Both the position numbers and the translations under genes were made by a program. Positions 57,002 through 64,000 of a stretch of 64,000 nucleotides of DNA are shown piece after piece. Below the pieces are notes generated by a model. That model saw nothing but the letters and a program-made list of their open reading frames with translations. It did not search any database and was not told where the DNA came from. Source of the stretch: Histomonas meleagridis 2922-C6/04-290x (taxonomy: Eukaryota > Protista > Parabasalia); contig JAANOX010000246.1 of assembly GCA_020184695.1 (NCBI GenBank), positions 1 through 64,000 on the forward strand. Reading direction: 5' to 3'. How positions within the stretch are numbered: position 1 is the first letter of the stretch; each line of letters begins with the position of its first letter.

Positions 57002-60000
57002 ATGAGTAAACTCCCTTCCATTACAGACTTATTATCATCTTATGATCTTATGATTTTGTATAAGAGAATCAAAGAAATGGAAAATAAGAGTGAGCATGAA
57101 TATACTTATTATTCCCATGATGGTAACGAATATAAATTTATAATTTCGAATTTATATAGCAATAAGAATCATCCCAATTTCAGATATCTTAAATATACAT
57201 CAACATCATTAGAACAAACTGTTTTAATATGGGTTAAAGGCCGTGGTTTTTCAGGTATCAAAGATGCACGAATATCAAATAAGAACAAACCAACTGATGG
57301 AGCTGATCTTTTCAATAATGGATATCAAATTCATAGTGGTTATTATAATGCAGCATTAAGAATTATTGGGAAATTAGATAACAAACTCCAAACACTATCT
57401 GAATGTAAAGAGGTAATATTTTTTGGGCATTCTGTTGGTGGTGCAGTTGCAGCACTTTGTGCGGCTTATTATCGTATAATAAAAAACTACGAAAATATTA
57501 AAGCATTTACATTCGGAACACCACCATGTATTGAACCTGATTTTTGTGAAGACATTATCAAAAAGAATTTTATTTTAACAGTTGTAAATGTAGATGATAT
57601 TGTTACATCAATTGGACATTCATTAGGTGTATGTATAGTAAATGGACTAAAACTAGTGGGATCTCTTGCAATTTCAGCATTAATAAGTCGAATTTTTTCA
57701 TCTGATAAAGAAGTTAATTTAGTAAAAGAAGATAATAATATAAGATATACAAAATATAAGATCCCAGGAAAATTAATCTTTATTCAAGATCAGATAGTAC
57801 GATTTTTAGGGAAAGAACCAATAATTATAACAGAAATTGTTAATGTTAAACGTAAATCACAAATTCCTCAAAAAGATAGAAACAAAGTTTTTTTAATGAA
57901 TCATTATGCTGATTATTATATTGAAATGATTGAGCGTATTGAGGAAAAAAAAGGTTGTAAATTTATTCAGAAGCATCGCATTTCACATGGAACTCCTCAT
58001 GTTTGTAAAGATAAAGAAATTGTTAAGTATGTAGAATCAAGTTATAGAAGATTTGTAAGAAATAATGTTAATGACGTTGAAGTTCCAGATTACATGTGTT
58101 TCCCTGAAGTTGAACCAACTGATTACCAAAAAACGATTCAAAAGAGTCAAGAACGAATTAATGAGAAAATATTTGAAATTTATTTTTTATATTTTCTGTT
58201 TATTATAATGTTATATAATTTATTTATAATATTTAAAGAAAGTTATAATAATGCATCAAAAACTAAAAATGAATTTAGTAATAATACTAATAAAAATAAA
58301 AAGAATTTAGAATTTATAAATATTTATTACTCTATTTTAAAATTAATTTTTATAATATATAATTTATTCATAATTTTTGATACTTTTAATCAGAAATTAA
58401 CAAAGGAAAAAGAAATTGGAAATGATTCTAATCAAGATAATATTAATCAAGAAAATATAAATGTTCATTCCTGATTTTCAAAATTTATCCAGGATTAAGT
58501 GATAGTGAAATACTTAAAGAATATGCAAAACAATATGGAATTAACAAAAAGAGTGCAATTTCATTTAATATATTTGATGTTTATTTTCTTTATAATGGGT
58601 TTAATTATAATTATTGTAATTCATTTATAAATATTGAAACAATTCTTATTCATGCTTCTACTTATGGACATATTATAATTCTAGAAATACTTTTTAAATT
58701 AGAAAGAATTTATATTAAAGCTACTGATGTTTTTATCTTTTATTTAAACTTTATTAAATATTTGTTTGGTTTAATTTTAAAATTTGGAATTTAATTATTA
58801 TAAATAGAACGCCACTTATGATTGCATCACGTTTTGGACATTTAGATATTGTTAAATTATTACTTACTAAAGAAGGAGTTGATATAAATGCTAAAAATAT
58901 TTTATATTTATTTTTAATTTTAATTTTAAAATTTCACTATTATAAAATAATATTTGGAATATATTTAATTTATTTTATACATCATTAATGCTTGCATCTC
59001 AATATGGTCATGATTTAATTGTTGATTTATTACTTCAACAAAATAATATTAATATAAATGCTAAAAATATCTTTTTTATTAATTTAATATCTTTAATTAT
59101 CATTTTGGATTCCATTAAAATTTATGGTGTTTTTTAATATTCTTAAAATACAGCACTTATGTTAGCTGTAACATTTAAACAAATTAGAACGATTTCATTA
59201 CTTATTAAACATAAAAAAATTGATCTAACTATCAAAAACATTTTTTTGTTTTATTTAAAATTCATTTTATTTATACCAAATTTCAAAATTATATTTGACA
59301 ATTATTCCAAATTTTTAAAACAGCTTTTAATATTGCATCAGATTATAAATATTATGATATCATTACATTACTTAATCAAGATAAAGATAAAAAACTAGAT
59401 GAAAATAACAATTGTGATAATTTATATTCCATATTCGATAAATTTAGAAAAGTTATGAATTATTCTGATAAGATTTATGAATTCCGACGAAAACAAGTAA
59501 AATTTGATGAAATGTGTGTTATTTTATATTATATAATATTTAATTTTCGGTTTTGATGTTTATTTTAATTATTTTATTCATCACCATATGATTGGGGAAA
59601 ATGGATATGTTTTAATGAAGTTATTAAAATACTTTATGAACAAGAAAAAGTTGATATAAATTTAATAGATATTTTTAAGTATAATTTGATATTTAAAATA
59701 ATTATTTAATGAAAATATTCATTTATATGGAAATTTGGAAATTGAACAAATGAAATCACTTCTGTTATATGAAGGAATTGATGTTAATTATAATAAAGTT
59801 TTCTTAATTAAAATAAAGTTAATTAATAATAATTTACGTTTCAACATAATTCATAATAATTATTTAAATAGTTTCAAACAACACTTTCTTGGGCATCTAA
59901 AAATGGTTATTTAGAAATTATTAAATCGTTAATAGAAAGCAATAAAATTGAAATCGATTATGTTGATATTTTTTTGATTTACATAGAACATATTTTAATT

Positions 60001-61307
60001 ATTTGATATTTCAAAGTGATTTTTGGAGATCATTTCTAAAATTTAAATCTCCACTTATAATTGCATCTCAATATTCTCAACCTAATGTTGTTAAATATCT
60101 TCTTCAACATTGTGCTGATAAAAATTTTCATGATATTTATTCAATATCTTCAATGTTATATTTATTTTATTTAATATTTTAAGAGAATATTTGGAATTAA
60201 TATATATTTAATAATACTCCTCTAATATTTGCAACTATAAATGGCAGTATAGAAATAATAAAATTACTTCTTGATAAAAAAAATATTGATATCAATCGTT
60301 CAAATATTTATATCTTTAATTCAATGTATAAATAAATTTATCGATGTTTATTTAAATTTCTTAAAATTTATTCAAATAATTTCAAAATGCAATTGATTTT
60401 GCATTTAAATTTTCTAAAATGACACGCACATATGATATACAAGTATTAGTATTATTACTTAAAAATAATGGAGTTGATTGGTGGACATTAGATGTTAATA
60501 TTTTTGGATTCGAATTTATTTAAATTATTTTATATTTCTATATTTTATTTAAAGTTTATTATTAAGTTTTGATTCACCATATATGTGGGGAAGATGGGAA
60601 GGATTTACTGAAATTCTTAAAATTCTTTATAAAGAAGATAAACTCGATGATAAGTATATGGATGTTAATTTTATTAATTTGATGTATTTTATTAATGTTT
60701 CAAATTTATTTTCGTTTTTTAAAAAAGAAGTTATACTTACTTATACAGATTCTGAGATAGAACAAATTAAATTAATTCTTGAACAAGAAGGAATTGATAC
60801 AAATTATAAATATATTTTATTATATTAATTGAAATTAATTTCATTAATTTTATATCTCATTTTTAAATATGGAAATTATTTAATTAATTTTCAACTGCGC
60901 TTTTTTGGGCAACTAATAAAGGTTATATAGAAATTGTTAAATTACTTCTTCAAATAGAAGAATTCGATATAAATGCAAAAGATATTAATTTAGTTTTGTT
61001 AGAATTTATTCTAAATATTTTTAATATATAAATAATATTTGGAAAATGTTTACGATATTTAATACAGCACTTATGGTAGCAACATTAAAAGGTAATGCTA
61101 AAATTGTTGAATTAATTCTTGAAAAAGATAATGTAAAAATTAAAACTAAAAATGTTTATACATTTTATTATATGGAATTCCTTATACAGTTTTGGAAAAT
61201 CAGTGCTTTCTATAGCTAAGAATCTTCACGAAGATGAAATACTGAAAATGGTAAAACAATATCAAAAGGCTCATGGAGTGTTTGGTAAATTATTCAAGAA
61301 ACATTAG
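57002..61307 (+). CDS. Class 3 lipase fused to an ankyrin-repeat array, encoded discontinuously (64 intervening 17/18-nt elements)
   Basis: GHSVGG nucleophile, AFTFGTPP, VVNVDDIVT, NHY. Downstream 30-37-codon ankyrin exons alternate with 17-nt/3-nt clusters. Excising 62x17 + 2x18 nt leaves 3216 nt with no internal stop by manual reading. Confidence 0.8.
58178..61190 (+). other. 19 clusters of 17-nt intervening elements / 3-nt micro-exons
   Basis: Cluster starts (number of elements): 58178(3), 58322(3), 58463(1), 58579(3), 58729(4), 58899(4), 59069(4), 59240(4), 59518(3), 59671(2), 59798(4), 59968(4), 60135(4), 60306(4), 60494(4), 60664(3), 60814(4), 60984(4), 61154(2). Confidence 0.88.
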
Positions 61308-61915
61308 TGAGCAAAAAGAAATTTGAACTCTAATAAAACCAAAAAAAATTTTTTTATTTGTTTATTTTTATATATTGCAAATAAATTGATTGTGAATCAC
61401 ATAAGCAATGAAATTTTGCAATAATTGAAACATTACATTGATAACACATGTTGACAAAAACTAACACATTAAAATTTTTTAATTCCTTGTGGACAAAATT
61501 AATAGGATATTTATTCTTACTGGTTTTAGGGATGAGTTGTTATGTTAATTGAATAACATTTCTGGAATTTGATTTTATCTACAAGTAATATTAAATAATA
61601 TCTCAAATTTCTAAACTTTATGTTTTAGTATAAATTAATTATGTTATTTTACGACATTTATATATGTATAGAAATTTAATGTAAATCATCTCTAGACTAA
61701 AGAGCATAAGTAACGTTGGCTTTAATGAGCTCATTTGCATAAGATTTCTTTTTTCATCAAGATCATTTCATTATGCCAGCAAGCATAAAGACAAATCCAT
61801 TTTTTAAAATGTTTTTTCTTTTATACAGTATCATAAAAAATATTTAATTTTTATTTTAAGAAAGACAATCTGTTCCAATTACTAACTGAGAAATTTTTGT
61901 CTAACGTGATAAGAA

Positions 61916-62494
61916 TTACATTTTCCTTCCGATGTATCGATAAACTTTACTTTTATATGCAAGATATTTATTGCCAAATGTTTTGGATAAAAACTTTTCT
62001 TCTTCCAATATTTGTAAGTGAAGCATTAAAATAGCGAAAATAGAAAATGTTAATAAAATCCAATTGAAGAACATGAGTAATATTCCGATATAAACACAAT
62101 CAAATGCCAAGAATGCTGGATTTCGACTGATTCCATAAATACCATTGGTAACCATTTCAGTTTTATCATCCTCTGCTATGCCAGCTCTCCAACTATCTCT
62201 CATAGTTATAACTGATATCGCAAATAAAATGTCTCCAAAAATTCCGATAAAAGCACCAATGGTTACCACTCTCTTTGGCAAGGTCGGTTCGACCAAATAA
62301 ATACTTACTAATTCCACCAACACCACTGAATAAGTTGCGATTTTCATTATTAATTCAATAAAAAAGGTTCTATTTTTTTGTTTTCCTTTTGCCATTTGAT
62401 CTGTTTTTATCCCTTTTCGTTTTTGCAGAATCATTTTTCCAAAATAAATTGCATAAAACAGTGCAATGATTGATATTCCATAAATTTCCCACAT
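61916..62494 (-). CDS. Isoprenylcysteine carboxyl methyltransferase / PEMT-family membrane protein, bacterial type
   Basis: MRDSWRAGI...TEMVTNGIYGISRNPAFL, ILEEEKFLSKTFGNKYLAYKSKVYRY. Confidence 0.88.
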   Translation of the reverse strand: MWEIYGISIIALFYAIYFGKMILQKRKGIKTDQMAKGKQKNRTFFIELIMKIATYSVVLVELVSIYLVEPTLPKRVVTIGAFIGIFGDILFAISVITMRDSWRAGIAEDDKTEMVTNGIYGISRNPAFLAFDCVYIGILLMFFNWILLTFSIFAILMLHLQILEEEKFLSKTFGNKYLAYKSKVYRYIGRKM

Positions 62495-62744
62495 TTTGGC
62501 GGTTATGAAACAAAATGAATATAATTTCGTTTGGAGAAGTCGAACATTGATAAAAAGATTAATGATAAACTACCTACCATTTATTGATTTTAAATGCTTA
62601 ATTTTTATACTGAATACATTAATCGTAAAAATCAGATTTATATTTTTTAATTACCACAAAATTACTTTAAAATACGAATTCTAAGATGGAAATCAATAAA
62701 ATGTAATAAAAATTATTTATTATTTTTTTGTTTATTTAATTATC

Positions 62745-64000
62745 TTAAAGCAATTGTTCAATTATTTTCTCAAAGAATTGTTGATATTTTTTATTGTCCG
62801 GCACTTTGTCTGCTAAACTTTCAAGATGATCGAAAATGTATGGGATAATTGGGCTAATTTCACTTTTCGATTTTAGTAGCATTAAATATAATACATTTAT
62901 TTTTGTATCAAAGTTTGGATTATCTGCCTCCAAATCATTTATTATCTTTATTAAAGTTTGTTGATGGAAGAAATTCGAATTTAAGTGTTGCTTTTCTTTT
63001 GAAACCAAAGTTAGCAATTGAATGAAAAACCGACTGTACGATGTCACCTCATCTTTGTTAACGGGCACCTCCAACAACCGAACGATATTAATTTTTGACA
63101 ACGATTCTAAGATTTTCAATGTTGAATTTGGTTGCTTTGCAATAGTGTCCGTCATAAATTTAACAAAAGGTTCGATAGTGGCAAATTGACAATTTTCAGT
63201 ACTTAAGTAATAACTTAATTGATTAACAAATAAGTAAATTGCCTTATCGCTTTTAGTAAACATAGGCCCAGTAATATTACATATGAAATTAACCCATTCA
63301 TTTGGAGCTATTAAATCAATATATTTACCATAAAGTATAATCTTAATAACGTTTTTTATAGTTTTAAGATTTGATAACGATAGCATTTCAAGCAATTTAA
63401 AGTATTGAATTTTGACTTCTTTATTTGTGATCAGTTTCAAAAAGTCAATTAAACTCATATTGAAAATAGTCAAAATTTTGAGAATGGTTTGATCATAATT
63501 CACTTTTGCTAAACTTTGGAATTTATTTCTAGAGATAATATTTAAACGGTCCAAACAACATTTGATTAACGTTTTCTTTTCGTTATCGTTAATAATATTT
63601 CTTGAGTTATGTAAACAATATAAACAAATTTCGATATAAACAATATAACAAGAAGTTGTATCAATAATTTTATATTTCTTAGTAATTTGTTCCAAAAATT
63701 CAATAAGTTTCGAACTTCTTTTCGGAACAAATAATTTTAAAAAATCGCTTAATTCTACGAAATTATTTTCATTAATCCCATTTAATATCGCATCCAACAT
63801 TGGCACCAGTTCATTATATTTATTAAGATATGCATTAAATCTAAATTTCGTCTTGAATATATTAAATAACAATGGGTTTTTCACCATTAACTTAAACAAC
63901 AAAACACATATTAACTTATGGTCATCTTCATTATAACCCGCAACGAGTTCATAAATTAATTCTTCAGTAAATGGAAAACTTTGTATTGCTGGGAATGATA
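62745..64000 (-). CDS. Unknown helical-repeat protein, 5' end outside the window
   Basis: Frame of ORF 62745-63902 stays open to the window edge (SFPAIQSFPFTEELIYELVAG...). Confidence 0.65.
   Translation of the reverse strand, partial: SFPAIQSFPFTEELIYELVAGYNEDDHKLICVLLFKLMVKNPLLFNIFKTKFRFNAYLNKYNELVPMLDAILNGINENNFVELSDFLKLFVPKRSSKLIEFLEQITKKYKIIDTTSCYIVYIEICLYCLHNSRNIINDNEKKTLIKCCLDRLNIISRNKFQSLAKVNYDQTILKILTIFNMSLIDFLKLITNKEVKIQYFKLLEMLSLSNLKTIKNVIKIILYGKYIDLIAPNEWVNFICNITGPMFTKSDKAIYLFVNQLSYYLSTENCQFATIEPFVKFMTDTIAKQPNSTLKILESLSKINIVRLLEVPVNKDEVTSYSRFFIQLLTLVSKEKQHLNSNFFHQQTLIKIINDLEADNPNFDTKINVLYLMLLKSKSEISPIIPYIFDHLESLADKVPDNKKYQQFFEKIIEQLL

Noticed and set aside
58600-61200. CRISPR-like or satellite reading of the about 170-bp periodicity
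   Set aside because: The period equals a 93-nt ankyrin exon plus a 77-nt cluster; units are divergent protein-coding repeats and there are no cas genes.
61460-61468. ACTAACACA (trichomonad intron branch motif), also at 21479-21487
   Set aside because: Not followed by CAG, intergenic, and no matching 5' GT site in a coding context.

Overview
AT-rich eukaryotic DNA with no canonical introns seen, most consistent with a parabasalid protist (Tritrichomonas/Trichomonas-like; inferred from BspA/LRR_5 surface proteins, DUF3447-type ankyrin genes, TCACT-type initiators and an EF-2 with an altered diphthamide loop). It holds about 22 intact housekeeping or surface-protein genes (eL18, RPAC1, WDR35/IFT121, WDR70, TTLL12-like, mucolipin-like channel, BRO1, TBC, FHA, vWA, GT61, class II RNR, two bacterial-like genes), a decayed pogo-like DDE transposase, and several broken or truncated copies (GH1, fimbrin, EF-2, ABC-F, BspA). 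Main discovery: the apparently junk AT-rich stretches inside the ankyrin genes are strictly periodic arrays of 17-nt non-GT-AG intervening elements separated by single codons (3-nt micro-exons). Removing them in silico restores textbook ankyrin hairpins (AKD-E-D-G-KTAL, AKN-K-Y-G-QTAL, VD-R-D-G-KSPL) at three separate loci. It also joins 57002-61307 into one open 1071-aa lipase-3/ankyrin reading frame after excising 64 elements (manual count; two are 18 nt). Whether and how the elements are removed in vivo cannot be seen from DNA and needs cDNA or proteomics.
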